From an uncultured Eubacteriales bacterium (lineage in GTDB: Bacteria > Bacillota > Clostridia > Christensenellales > CAG-138), in contig UREK01000012.1 in NCBI GenBank assembly GCA_900546845.1, positions 3,130-67,129 on the forward strand: a stretch of DNA of 64,000 nucleotides, written 5' to 3'. The notes under the pieces are model-generated. The model was not told where the DNA came from, did not search any database, and worked only from the letters and a program-made list of their open reading frames with translations. Shown here in pieces: positions 1 to 8,708 of the stretch (position 1 is its first letter; every line of letters starts with the position of its first letter). The position numbers were made by a program, and so were the translations under genes.

Positions 1-313
1 GGATCAGCGCGCTTTCGCGGTATTTGTGCTGCACGCCCTCGCAGACCGTGTTGCTGGCTTCGCCGCTTGTGTCGAACGCGCCACTCATATCCGTTTCAAA
101 AAACGTAGGGATGCACATCTTGCGAATGGGGTCGTTCGGGTCATCCCAGTCGATCAGGGAAAGGTAGTACCGTGTGGCGGACATCGGAAACGCTTCGCAA
201 AGTTTTCGCATGCGTTCCGTCTCCGCTTCGTTCAGGCCGAGCTTAGGCGCGAGCGCTCCAATGTCGGTCACGTTGTTTTTCATCTCTTCATACCAAAGCA
301 TACATCGTTCCAT
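1..313 (-). CDS. KamA-family radical SAM aminomutase, N-terminal part (gene continues off the left edge)
   Basis: Manual minus-strand translation from ATG at 313-311 (AGGAAGGA RBS upstream): MERCMLWYEEMKNN...FPMSATRYYLSLIDWDDPNDPIRKMCIP...QHKYRESALI. This parallels the N-terminus of the KamA at 25574-26845 ([24 protein letters not shown]). Confidence 0.6.
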   Translation of the reverse strand, partial: MERCMLWYEEMKNNVTDIGALAPKLGLNEAETERMRKLCEAFPMSATRYYLSLIDWDDPNDPIRKMCIPTFFETDMSGAFDTSGEASNTVCEGVQHKYRESALI

Positions 314-553
314 CCTTCCTTCTCTCAATTATAAATTTGAATAATAAAACATAAAACGCATGCGCAAGCAGCGTCATCCTTACCTTTTTGAATAAAACGA
401 CCTACAAAGAAGAGATATGCAATCTGAACGATGCCATGATGCAACCAGCTCTTTTTCTTATTTTAGCATAGAGCTGGGTGCTTTTCCATGGTTTTTCCCG
501 TCGAATCGTGGCGGGGATGTGAACGTTCTCCGAATATTCAAAAAATATATATA

Positions 554-590
554 GAAAAAGCGGAGACCACCGCCTCCGCTTTTTGTTTTT
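554..590 (-). terminator. Rho-independent terminator downstream of rpmE (bidirectional shape)
   Basis: GCGGAG(560-565)/CTCCGC(574-579) stem flanked by an A-run and a T-run, directly after the rpmE stop. Confidence 0.6.
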
Positions 591-595
591 GACTT

Positions 596-796
596 TTAGT
601 TCAGGCCATAGCGCTTCTTGAAGCGGTCTACGCGTCCGCCCGTGTCGACCAGCTTCTGGCGGCCGGTGTAGAACGGATGGCACTTGGAACAGATTTCGAC
701 CTTGAGCTCGCCCTTGACAGAACCGCTCTTGAAGGTCTCGCCACAGGCACAGCGCACGATGCACTCGCCGTAGGACGGATGGATATCCTTCTTCAT
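596..796 (-). CDS. rpmE: 50S ribosomal protein L31
   Basis: [48 protein letters not shown] is the classic Zn-ribbon L31 sequence. ATG at 796 has GAGGGG 8 nt upstream; the track ORF begins at an upstream GTG (805). Confidence 0.93.
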   Translation of the reverse strand: MKKDIHPSYGECIVRCACGETFKSGSVKGELKVEICSKCHPFYTGRQKLVDTGGRVDRFKKRYGLN

Positions 797-952
797 TCGT
801 TTCACCCCTCATATTATTTGCTTGGCGCAGGGCGATTAGCCGCCCTCCTGCTGCATTGACGGGTGAAGCCACCCGAACAGCTGATATTATATCGCACCCA
901 CAGCGTGGAATGCAAGCACTATTTTTGCGAAAGCGCGGGCTTTCCCCCGATT

Positions 953-2851
953 TTAGTTGATGCGCTTGCCAGCGGAATAGCCGTCCTTTTCGTAGATCTT
1001 GTTCCAGGCGGTCAAACGCTGGATGAACTCCTCGTTGGTGGCCGTTTTATCAAGCATGTTGATCATCTGTTCCGTGACCTCAGCCGGGTTCCCCGCAGCA
1101 AGCGTGCGGCGCATGGTGAACACTGCGTCAAGCTCTTCCTTGGTGAGCAGGAGCTCCTCGCGGCGCGTGCCGGATTTGTAGATGTCGATGGCCGGGAAGA
1201 TGCGTTTTTCGCTCATCTTGCGATCCAGATGGATCTCCATGTTGCCCGTGCCTTTGAACTCCTCGTAAACGATGTCGTCCATGCGGCTGCCGGTTTCGAT
1301 GAGCGCCGTCGCAATGATTGTGAGGCTCCCTCCGTTTTCGATGTTGCGCGCCGCGCCGAAGAAACGCTTCGGCTTATGCAGAGCGCCTGGATCCATACCG
1401 CCGGAGAGCGTCTTGCCCGTAGCCGGGATAGTGAGGTTATACGCGCGTGCAAGACGCGTGATGGAATCCATCAGCACCACGACGTCCTTGCCCTGCTCAA
1501 CCAAGCGCATGGCGCGCTCCTGGGTCATCTCCGCAACGCGGGTATGGTGCTCAGGCAGCTCGTCAAACGTGGAATAGAGTACCTCGCCCTTGATGGAGCG
1601 CTGCATATCGGTCACCTCTTCTGGCCGCTCGTCGATGAGCAGCACGATCAGGTGCACATCCGGGTAGTTGTTGGCGATGCCGTGCGCGATGTTCTTCAGA
1701 AGCGTCGTTTTGCCGGATTTCGGCTGGCTGACGATCATGCCGCGCTGGCCCTTTCCGATGGGCGCGATGAGGTCGATCAGGCGGATGGCAAGGTTCTGGT
1801 CGTGCCCAAGGCCCGCCGATTCGAGCGTGATCCGCTCGTTCGGGTAGATCGGCACAAGCTCCTCAAACGGCCTGCGCGCCTGCGCTTTTTCCGGCTCCTC
1901 GCCGTTGACAGCCGTGATGTAGAGCAGCGCGAGAAAGCGTTCGCCTTCCTTGGAGGGGCGCGTCTTGCCGGTGACGAGGTCGCCCGTCTTCAGGTTGAAG
2001 CGGCGGATCTGCGCGATGGAAACATAAACGTCCCGGTTGCCGGGCAGGTAATTCTCGGAACGCAGGAAACCATAGCCATCCGGCAGCACTTCCAGAACGC
2101 CCTCACAGTCGCCGCACGCGCCGCCTTCCAACAGCTCCGGCACGGCGGGGTTGCTGGTGCCGTATTCCTTATTGTAATAGCCTTCGGGCTTCTGGGCGCG
2201 GTAGCCTTCCTCGCCCTCGTATTGCGGCGCGGGCGCATAGGGTTCGCGTGGCTGGTAGCTTTCCTGCGGCGCACGGTAGCCCTCACGGTAATCGCTGCTG
2301 CGGTTATAATCTTGGCGGTAGCCGCCCTGGTACCCTGTGTTCTGATAGCCCTGGTAGCCTTCCTGGCGGCGGTTGTACCCGCCCTGGTATCCCCCTGCTT
2401 CACGGTTCTGGTTGTACCCATATGGCCGCTGCGGCGAATAACTCTGGTTATATTGGCGGCGGTTGTACCCGCCCTGCTGGTAATCCTGCCTGGGGGCGCG
2501 GTATTGTGGCTGCTGCGGATAGCGTGTGCGCGGCTCATATGCGGCCGCCGGTTCCTCTGCTGGCGCGGAGGCCTGCTGCTGCGCAGGGGCCGCCGGTGTA
2601 GCCGCTTGCTGCGCGGGTGCAGCAGCGGGCTGCTGGGGCTGCGCAGCGGGTGGTGCTGAAGCTGCGGCGGTTTTGGAATCCGCCTCCGGCTTCGCGCTCG
2701 CGTCCGGCGCTTGCCCTTCCATCCGGCCACCGTTCATGATGATGTCGACCAGCTCACCCTTGCGGTATTTCGTGATCGACTTCACGCCCTGTAGCTTTGC
2801 GATCTCACGAAGGTCATTCAGACTTTTTTCCTGAAGTTGTTCTCTTGTCAC
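953..2851 (-). CDS. rho: Transcription termination factor Rho with a long low-complexity N-terminal insertion
   Basis: 632 aa. N-terminal Rho_N helix bundle ([13 protein letters not shown]), CSD-like RNA-binding domain ([14 protein letters not shown]), Walker A ([11 protein letters not shown]) and C-terminal ATPase ([32 protein letters not shown]). Confidence 0.95.
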   Translation of the reverse strand: MTREQLQEKSLNDLREIAKLQGVKSITKYRKGELVDIIMNGGRMEGQAPDASAKPEADSKTAAASAPPAAQPQQPAAAPAQQAATPAAPAQQQASAPAEEPAAAYEPRTRYPQQPQYRAPRQDYQQGGYNRRQYNQSYSPQRPYGYNQNREAGGYQGGYNRRQEGYQGYQNTGYQGGYRQDYNRSSDYREGYRAPQESYQPREPYAPAPQYEGEEGYRAQKPEGYYNKEYGTSNPAVPELLEGGACGDCEGVLEVLPDGYGFLRSENYLPGNRDVYVSIAQIRRFNLKTGDLVTGKTRPSKEGERFLALLYITAVNGEEPEKAQARRPFEELVPIYPNERITLESAGLGHDQNLAIRLIDLIAPIGKGQRGMIVSQPKSGKTTLLKNIAHGIANNYPDVHLIVLLIDERPEEVTDMQRSIKGEVLYSTFDELPEHHTRVAEMTQERAMRLVEQGKDVVVLMDSITRLARAYNLTIPATGKTLSGGMDPGALHKPKRFFGAARNIENGGSLTIIATALIETGSRMDDIVYEEFKGTGNMEIHLDRKMSEKRIFPAIDIYKSGTRREELLLTKEELDAVFTMRRTLAAGNPAEVTEQMINMLDKTATNEEFIQRLTAWNKIYEKDGYSAGKRIN

Positions 2852-3151
2852 GTTGCAGCTCCTTTCGCAAACAACACATTAAAAAATTCAGACGACTTAT
2901 GTGTCATCCTGTTAACGTGGTAATGGATCCTATCAAGTGCAGCATTTTTAGACAATATAAGTATTATGCCCCTAAAAATGGAAATAAAACATCCTTCAAA
3001 AAATGTTGCAATCATTACAACTCTTTTCTTTTTTACTATAACTTTACAAAGCGCACTTGTCAAGACAATATCTTGGCATTTTACAGTGATTTCACACATA
3101 TATATTGAAAAAACCGGTTCATTGGCCCCGGTTTTGATTACGAGGGAGGAA

Positions 3152-3451
3152 ATGCTTATGGACTCAAGGATAACGGATGCGGGCACGACGCGGATTCGCG
3201 CCCATTCGATCCACATCGACAACCGGGAGTTGATCAGTGTCACAGGCGTAAAGGATGTGGACAGCTTCAACGAGCAGGAGGTAGAGCTTTTGACCGAGGC
3301 GGGCGAGCTGCGCATCGAAGGCAACGATCTGCGCATCACAAAGCTCAGCCTGGACGAAGGGCAAGTTATCGTCGAAGGCGAGATTGCGGCGCTTGAATAT
3401 GCGGATGCGCCGGCGGAGCGCGGCTCCCTGTTCTCGCGCATGTTCCGCTAA
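3152..3451 (+). CDS. yabP: Sporulation protein YabP
   Basis: MLMDSRITDAGTTRIRAHSIHIDNRELISVTGVKDVDSFNEQEVELLTEAGELRIEGNDLRITKL fits the YabP family pattern. GAGGGAGG RBS upstream of the ATG at 3152. Confidence 0.8.
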   Translation: MLMDSRITDAGTTRIRAHSIHIDNRELISVTGVKDVDSFNEQEVELLTEAGELRIEGNDLRITKLSLDEGQVIVEGEIAALEYADAPAERGSLFSRMFR

Positions 3452-3453
3452 GC

Positions 3454-3789
3454 ATGAGCGGCACGGTCGGGGAGGTTCCCATCTTCCTTGGCGCGGTTTA
3501 TGGGGGGCTCGTGATCGGCCTCACCTTCACCGCATTCCGAGGGCTGCATGCGCTTTTGGGCGGCGGCCGCGTCTCCGACGCGCTGCTTGACGCGCTGTAT
3601 TACCTGCTCGCCGGCGTCATGGCGGCACTCACGCTGTACCGCGTCAACGGCGGGGCGCTCCGGCTGTATGCCCTTTTTGGCATCGCAGCGGGCATCTTTG
3701 CCGTACTGCGCTCCGTGGACCCTCTGCTGTGTGCCCTCGCGGAAAAGCTGCAAAACTTGCGCGGTAAAATTACCAAAAAACGCTTGTAA
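3454..3789 (+). CDS. yabQ: Spore cortex biosynthesis protein YabQ (small membrane protein)
   Basis: 111-aa hydrophobic protein immediately after yabP (conserved yabP-yabQ-divIC synteny). Sequence includes LLDALYYLLAGVMAALTLYRVNGGALRLYALFG. Confidence 0.75.
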   Translation: MSGTVGEVPIFLGAVYGGLVIGLTFTAFRGLHALLGGGRVSDALLDALYYLLAGVMAALTLYRVNGGALRLYALFGIAAGIFAVLRSVDPLLCALAEKLQNLRGKITKKRL

Positions 3790-3847
3790 TCCGCTTGGGA
3801 ATCGATTATATATATTAATAGGGAAACTATCGTGCAAGGGAGCGGCT

Positions 3848-4135
3848 ATGGCACAAAAGCGGAAATTCCGGATCACGCCAAAGTTCATCGCACTGCTGGC
3901 TGCGCTGTGCGTGGTTTTTGCATGCGCGATCTTCGTTTCCCAGGAGCAGAAGCTCAATGAAATCGCCGAGCAGGAGGCCGCGCTGCAAGCGGAATATGAG
4001 GCCTTGCAGAACGAGGAACAGCGGCTTCAATACATGATCGAATACGCCAAGAGCGAGGAATATCTTCTCCAGTATGCGCGCGAAAAGCTCGGCTTCGTCT
4101 TACCGGATGACATTAAATTCGACATCGAGAAATAG
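3848..4135 (+). CDS. Septum formation initiator family protein (FtsB/DivIC)
   Basis: MAQKRKFRITPKF, then a TM helix and a coiled coil (EQEAALQAEYEALQNEEQRLQYMIEY), ending ...YAREKLGFVLPDDI, which is typical of DivIC/FtsB. Confidence 0.8.
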   Translation: MAQKRKFRITPKFIALLAALCVVFACAIFVSQEQKLNEIAEQEAALQAEYEALQNEEQRLQYMIEYAKSEEYLLQYAREKLGFVLPDDIKFDIEK

Positions 4136-4230
4136 CCGCGTCCTCAGCGTGTGTGCAGGATGACGCGGGCCAACATTTCGGCGCGCCAACGGCGCGCCGT
4201 CGTTCTATTTATAACAGGAGGTTTTCCAGC

Positions 4231-5085
4231 ATGGATCAAACCGGGATCGCCGTGATCGACATCGGCAGCAACTCCATCCGCTATCTGGGGCGCGCCCCGG
4301 AGAAGCGCCTCATGACAACGCGCCTTGCAGAAGGACTGGTTTCCACAGGCGTGCTTTCGGAGGCCGCGATGGCCCGCAGCATCGCCGTGATTACCGCCTT
4401 CGCACAGGATGCGCGCGCAGAAGGGCTCACGCCCCATGCCTATGCGACGAGCGCCGTGCGGGATGCCCGCAACCGCAAAGAATTTCTCGCCAGGGTGGAG
4501 GACGCCTGCGGCCTTCGCATCGACGTGCTCTCCGGCGAGCGTGAGGCAGAATACGCGCATCTCGGCGCGGCCGCAGAAGGCGGACTCGTGGACGTAGGCG
4601 GCGCTTCCAGCCAGCTCGTGGCCGGCGGCTTCACAGCGAGCTACCCCGTAGGCTGTGTACGGGCAAAGGAGTGGGGCGAGCAGAGCGGCGCCCAATCCAT
4701 CGAAGCGCTGCAGGAGGCTTTGTTCTCCCGCTTTTCAGGCTTCTACCGCTTTCCCCGCCTGTATGTGCCGCGCTGGACAGGCGTTGGCGGCACGGTCACG
4801 ACCATCGCCGCGCTCTCCCGCAACATGGCCGTTTACGACCGCACCGTGATGCAAGAGATCGTCCTTTCCCAGGCGGATGTGGAGGCACAGGCCTACGCAC
4901 TTTACGCCGAGGGGGATGCCGCGCGCGCCCAGCATCCGCTGCTCAGGGAGCGGCACGACGTGATCGTGGAAGGCGCACTGATCCTCCTCTACATCATGCG
5001 CGGCATGGGAATTTACGAGCTGCATGTGTCCGATGCGGACGGCATGGAAGGATACCGGGCGTATCTTGAAAAGCATGGGATTTGA
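4231..5085 (+). CDS. Ppx/GppA family phosphatase (exopolyphosphatase-like)
   Basis: MDQTGIAVIDIGSNSIRYL is the ASKHA phosphate-1 motif and ...VDVGGASSQLV the phosphate-2 motif. AGGAGG RBS before the ATG at 4231. Confidence 0.8.
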   Translation: MDQTGIAVIDIGSNSIRYLGRAPEKRLMTTRLAEGLVSTGVLSEAAMARSIAVITAFAQDARAEGLTPHAYATSAVRDARNRKEFLARVEDACGLRIDVLSGEREAEYAHLGAAAEGGLVDVGGASSQLVAGGFTASYPVGCVRAKEWGEQSGAQSIEALQEALFSRFSGFYRFPRLYVPRWTGVGGTVTTIAALSRNMAVYDRTVMQEIVLSQADVEAQAYALYAEGDAARAQHPLLRERHDVIVEGALILLYIMRGMGIYELHVSDADGMEGYRAYLEKHGI

Positions 5086-5093
5086 GGAATACT

Positions 5094-5504
5094 ATGGACC
5101 GTGCAACAGAAGAGCGGTTCGTCCGCATCTTTGTAAGCAAACAGCGCCGCGAACGCTTGCTGCTGGAACTCGTTACGCCAAGCCGGAGACAAACTGGGAT
5201 TCTCCGTTTCTGCCACAGCGCTGCGCCGGTCATCGACTTTCGAACGCTGGTTTACCGTGGAAAGAAGCTGAAGCGGGAGGATATGGAACGTCTCCTTCTT
5301 CCCTATGCGGAACGCGGAATGTGTTATGCCATTTCCACAAATGAAACGATCGACGGCCGCTCTCTGCCGATTTCAGAAGCGTTGGATTCCTTGCTGGGCT
5401 TTGGCATGCCAAGCATCCTCATCTGCGCACACGCTGCGCTGATCGAGTGCGAGCAGGAACAAGGCGCGGCGGAAAAGCTGATTCTGGTTGAACGCTGCCG
5501 CTGA
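5094..5504 (+). CDS. Hypothetical protein
   Basis: 136-aa ORF tightly following ppx, with a GAGGA RBS. No family recognised. Confidence 0.45.
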   Translation: MDRATEERFVRIFVSKQRRERLLLELVTPSRRQTGILRFCHSAAPVIDFRTLVYRGKKLKREDMERLLLPYAERGMCYAISTNETIDGRSLPISEALDSLLGFGMPSILICAHAALIECEQEQGAAEKLILVERCR

Positions 5505-6102
5505 GCTGTTCCGTTCTATTTTCGTGCATTCATCCAAAAGGCTCCCTCTTAGCGGGAGCTGCCGCCGCAGGCGGCTGAGGGAGTTGGCTTGCCCCAGATG
5601 AAACCGCGCTACCATAGGGCACTCCCTCCGTCAGCGCTTACGCGCTGCCACCCCCTTTCAAAAGGGGGCGTTTGGGAGTGGTGAACTCTGGCGGTTTTCG
5701 TATTCGGGCGGCGCCCGAGAGCGCACACCCAAAAGGCTCCTTTGGCAAAGGAGCTGTCATGGCATAAGCCATGACTGAGCATTGTTCCCGCCGCATCGGT
5801 TGACCCGTTCGGCAGCGCATTCCCATGGCGCCCCATCCCCTCGCCCCCCATCCACAGTTCGCAATGGTCGCGCTGCGTTGCCGCAGGGGCGGCTTCCTTG
5901 CGCTCCCTTGCTCACTGGGCTTCCGCCTCGCTGCATCGTCCAAGCAAGGAACTTCCGGCGTGGGGGACGCGCCGGAAGCCCCCGCCTGCGGGCGGGGTGC
6001 GCCTCGGCTCCGCCCCTTTGCGGGAAGGGGAAGCTACTGCGAAGGGGCTGCGCCCCTTCACCACCCTTGGATTGCTGTATCTCCTTCGCAGCCAGACTAT
6101 GC
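5505..6102. repeat. Non-coding array of about a dozen GC-rich hairpins (REP-like mosaic)
   Basis: Consecutive perfect 6-9 bp stems, for example GCTCCC..GGGAGC, GCCGCC..GGCGGC, CAGCGC..GCGCTG, CCCCCTT..AAGGGGG, GCTCCTTTG..AAAGGAGC, GTCATGGC..GCCATGAC, CTTCCGGCG..CGCCGGAAG and GAAGGGGC..GCCCCTTC. The module CAAAAGGCTCC..GGAGCTG..hairpin..CTGAG occurs at 5535 and 5730. Confidence 0.7.
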
Positions 6103-6125
6103 AAAAAGGCGGCCGCTTGGCCGCC
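6103..6125 (-). terminator. Rho-independent terminator of the 6148-6489 gene
   Basis: On the minus strand: GGCGGCC-aagc-GGCCGCC followed by TTTTT. Confidence 0.65.
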
Positions 6126-6147
6126 CAAATCGCGCTTATCAGTTCCG

Positions 6148-6489
6148 TCAATTCCCCTTCATCCGTTCGGCCGTCTCAACGAGCGTATCCAAAAAGGATT
6201 GCTCGCCCCAGGTATTGATCTTGAAAAACATTGCCTGGCTACCGCCGGAAGTGATGGCCGAAAGGAACAGGTTCTGCCCGTTGCCCACGAGCGTCACCGC
6301 CAGGCTGACACGGTTGCCGCCCATCGCGCTGAAACGCTCATAAACGCGCACGGCGCAGCGCACCGCGCCCATGCGGTAATCGCTGCCATCCTCATAGGAA
6401 GCGCTGGCGCTTGCTTCCATCACCCCATCGTCGAGCGCCTTCAAAACCGCGTCGAAATTGCCGGTGAGCGTCGTTTCGTATTTTGCCAT
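6148..6489 (-). CDS. Hypothetical small protein (DUF-type, no function recognised)
   Basis: 113-aa ORF (MAKYETTLTGNFDAVLKALDDGVMEA...) with non-repetitive composition, an RBS and its own terminator. Confidence 0.6.
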   Translation of the reverse strand: MAKYETTLTGNFDAVLKALDDGVMEASASASYEDGSDYRMGAVRCAVRVYERFSAMGGNRVSLAVTLVGNGQNLFLSAITSGGSQAMFFKINTWGEQSFLDTLVETAERMKGN

Positions 6490-6608
6490 GCCAGTGTCCC
6501 TCCCTTTTGCAAAGCCCTTTTCTTTTATGATACCATACCCGCGCGCATTCCGCTACGGCGGAAGGGGATTTGCAAAAATGGAGCCGGGATTTGACTGCGC
6601 GGCGCTTT

Positions 6609-7364
6609 TTATCTTTTGAGCATCTTCTCTAAATGGGCAACGTCCAGCAGGTTTACCGTTTCAAATTTCCCGTTATAAAACAGTGCCCAGTTGTTGAAAA
6701 CACAAGGCAGTTCCTTCGCTTTTTGCAGCGTATCCACCTGGAGGAAAAAGGCGGGGACGCCCTGTGCCGCGCAATATGCCTTCAGCGTCGCAATGTTTTG
6801 ATGGATGAAGGGGCATTGCATGTCGTAATAGACCGTCAGCTCCTTGCGCTTGATTTCACACGATTTCGCGTTTTGCGTAAACCTTGGGGTTGTCCCATCA
6901 AAGGAAAGAGCAAGCAGTTCATATCCGTTCTCCGTGGTATCGACAACCTTGAAGCCGAATTTTTTCGCAAACGATTGATCCGAAAGCCACGCCTTCTGCT
7001 TGTTCGCGCCGAGCATGCAAACGCCGGATTTCCCTTTTTCTTTCGCATCCGCCAGGCAATACTCCATCAGCGATTTTGCGTACCCTTTTCCCCTGTAATC
7101 GCCCAGAACCCACAAGCAATAGATATAATAATAGTTTTCGCCCTCAATGGGAACCCATGCGGTCTCGAGGGGCGCGTATTCAATGAATACGGTGCCCTTG
7201 ACGTTCAGCTTCCGGAAGGTATGCCCTTCTTTCAGCCGCTCGGAAAGCCATTGCCGTTTCGCCTCCACCCCCGGGTGCGGTTTTTTGCTGCGTATGATGC
7301 AGCACAAATGCTCTTCGGAGATGTTCTCCAGCGTCAGATTTATAAAATCAGCTTCCATATTCAT
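6609..7364 (-). CDS. GNAT family N-acetyltransferase with YoaP-like C-terminal domain
   Basis: GNAT core (YCLWVLGDYRGKGYAKSLMEYCLADAKEKG) plus a C-terminal thioredoxin-like YoaP-type region (VYYDMQCPFIHQNI...NNWALFYNGKF). Confidence 0.7.
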   Translation of the reverse strand: MNMEADFINLTLENISEEHLCCIIRSKKPHPGVEAKRQWLSERLKEGHTFRKLNVKGTVFIEYAPLETAWVPIEGENYYYIYCLWVLGDYRGKGYAKSLMEYCLADAKEKGKSGVCMLGANKQKAWLSDQSFAKKFGFKVVDTTENGYELLALSFDGTTPRFTQNAKSCEIKRKELTVYYDMQCPFIHQNIATLKAYCAAQGVPAFFLQVDTLQKAKELPCVFNNWALFYNGKFETVNLLDVAHLEKMLKR

Positions 7365-7412
7365 CCTCGTTCCAAACCTGGATTTTGTGCAGCGCTTCTC
7401 CCGGCATGCGCA

Positions 7413-8708
7413 TTACGCCAGCGCGTGCAGCAGCGCCGCGAGCGCCAGCATGTCCGCGCTGCCGCCGGGGCTCAGGTTGCGCCGGATGCATTCCGCATCG
7501 AGCGCCGCGAGCGCCGCCAGGCGCTCGCCTTCCGGCAATGCAAGCGCCGCCTTTGCGCTTCCCTGCACAAAGCGCAGGCCCTCCGGCCCACCGCGGTGCA
7601 GCAGGTTCGTGTCCGCAAGCGTGGCCATGATGTGCGGGAGCGTCAGCGCAAGCGCGTCGTTTTGGCTCTTCCCGGCTTGCAGATACGCGGCATAGATTCC
7701 CTGCGCGGCCCGCGCCGCCGGGAACCCGGCTGCCGCCTCGCCCCGCGCGCCCTGCACCGCATGCCGGGCGTAGACGCGCTCCCCATTGGTCGCGGGCCGC
7801 GCCTTGGCCCGCGCAAGTTCCGCCGCGACGTCGCTTTGCGCGAGCGCCGCCGCATGGGATGCCGCGTCCCCGCCGGTGCGCAGCGCGAGCGCCTTGCCCG
7901 CCAGCAGCAGCCCCATGGAAAAGACCGCGCCCTTGTGGGTATTCACGCCGCCCGTCGCCGCGAACATCGCCCGCTCCGCCGCGAGGCCCTCCGCGCGCAG
8001 GGCAGCCATCAGCGCCCCCGGCGCGCTTCTATATTCCGCCAAAGCAAGCGCGGCCATGCACGCGAAATGCGGGCGGAGCACTTCCGCACTTTTGCGGAAC
8101 AGCGCAAGGTCCATATCCCGGTGCGCACCGTTGTTGTTCCTGTCCACCAGGCCGGGCTTGGGCGTCGCCTCCACCTCCGCGACGAGCGCCTCGCAGGCAA
8201 GCGACGCGAGGCGCTCCGCCGCAAAGCCGGAAAGGAGACGGTCCGTGCAGGCCGCGATCTCCGCAAGGCCGTGCGCCCGGCTGCGGGCGCAAGCCGTCAC
8301 CGGGCCGCCGCAGACGATGCAGCGCCGCTCCGCCCCGCGGGTGAGCTTCTCCCCATCCGTGCCGATCACGTCGATGTCGAACAGGCGCGCAGCCGCGTCC
8401 GCCTCCTCAATGGAAACCATGCGGCGCTTGGTTTCCTCCGCGCTGATGTCAAACACGAAAAACGCCTCGCAGCCCGTCTTTTCCAGCCAAAGCGTCCGAT
8501 GCAACGCAGGCGGCATCGCGGCTTCGATGCGGCGCACGCCCTCGGAAAACGCAAACGCAATGAGCGGCGTGCACTTCACTTCCCCGGCGATGTTCATCGT
8601 AAAACAAACAACGGGCCGGGCGAATTGCTCCGTCAGCGCCCGTTGCTGCTCCGCCCGGCGCTCACGCGCCGAGAGCATTTCATCCAATGTGATCTTTGAT
8701 ATATTCAT
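7413..8708 (-). CDS. citXG: Fused CitX/CitG: holo-citrate lyase ACP synthase plus triphosphoribosyl-dephospho-CoA synthase
   Basis: N-terminal half is CitX-like (RERRAEQQRAL...VVCFTMNIAGEVK...DIDVIG). C-terminal half is CitG-like (PKPGLVDRNNNGAHRDMD...GGVNTHKGAVFS...TNLLHRGG). Last gene of the cit operon. Confidence 0.8.
   Translation of the reverse strand: MNISKITLDEMLSARERRAEQQRALTEQFARPVVCFTMNIAGEVKCTPLIAFAFSEGVRRIEAAMPPALHRTLWLEKTGCEAFFVFDISAEETKRRMVSIEEADAAARLFDIDVIGTDGEKLTRGAERRCIVCGGPVTACARSRAHGLAEIAACTDRLLSGFAAERLASLACEALVAEVEATPKPGLVDRNNNGAHRDMDLALFRKSAEVLRPHFACMAALALAEYRSAPGALMAALRAEGLAAERAMFAATGGVNTHKGAVFSMGLLLAGKALALRTGGDAASHAAALAQSDVAAELARAKARPATNGERVYARHAVQGARGEAAAGFPAARAAQGIYAAYLQAGKSQNDALALTLPHIMATLADTNLLHRGGPEGLRFVQGSAKAALALPEGERLAALAALDAECIRRNLSPGGSADMLALAALLHALA

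Noticed and set aside
5505-6147. Possible CRISPR array
   Set aside because: The repeated elements are short hairpins of differing sequence, without constant-length direct repeats alternating with unique spacers. No cas genes lie nearby.
5609-6594. Overlapping ORFs (5609-5851, 5638-5943, 5757-6128, 5782-6594, 5825-6343, and others) in the hairpin array
   Set aside because: They overlap each other in several frames and strands. They translate to Pro/Gly/Arg/Ala-rich strings produced by the GC-rich palindromes and have no RBS. The region is better explained as a non-coding repeat.
6633-8699. 688-aa plus-strand ORF, and similar long antisense ORFs (863-2659, 7786-9660, 9597-11222, 27033-29123, 30041-31330, 36881-38371, 57320-59182)
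   Set aside because: All are antisense to genes with clear family signatures, and their compositions are dominated by R/A/G/L/H. They are rejected as non-coding.
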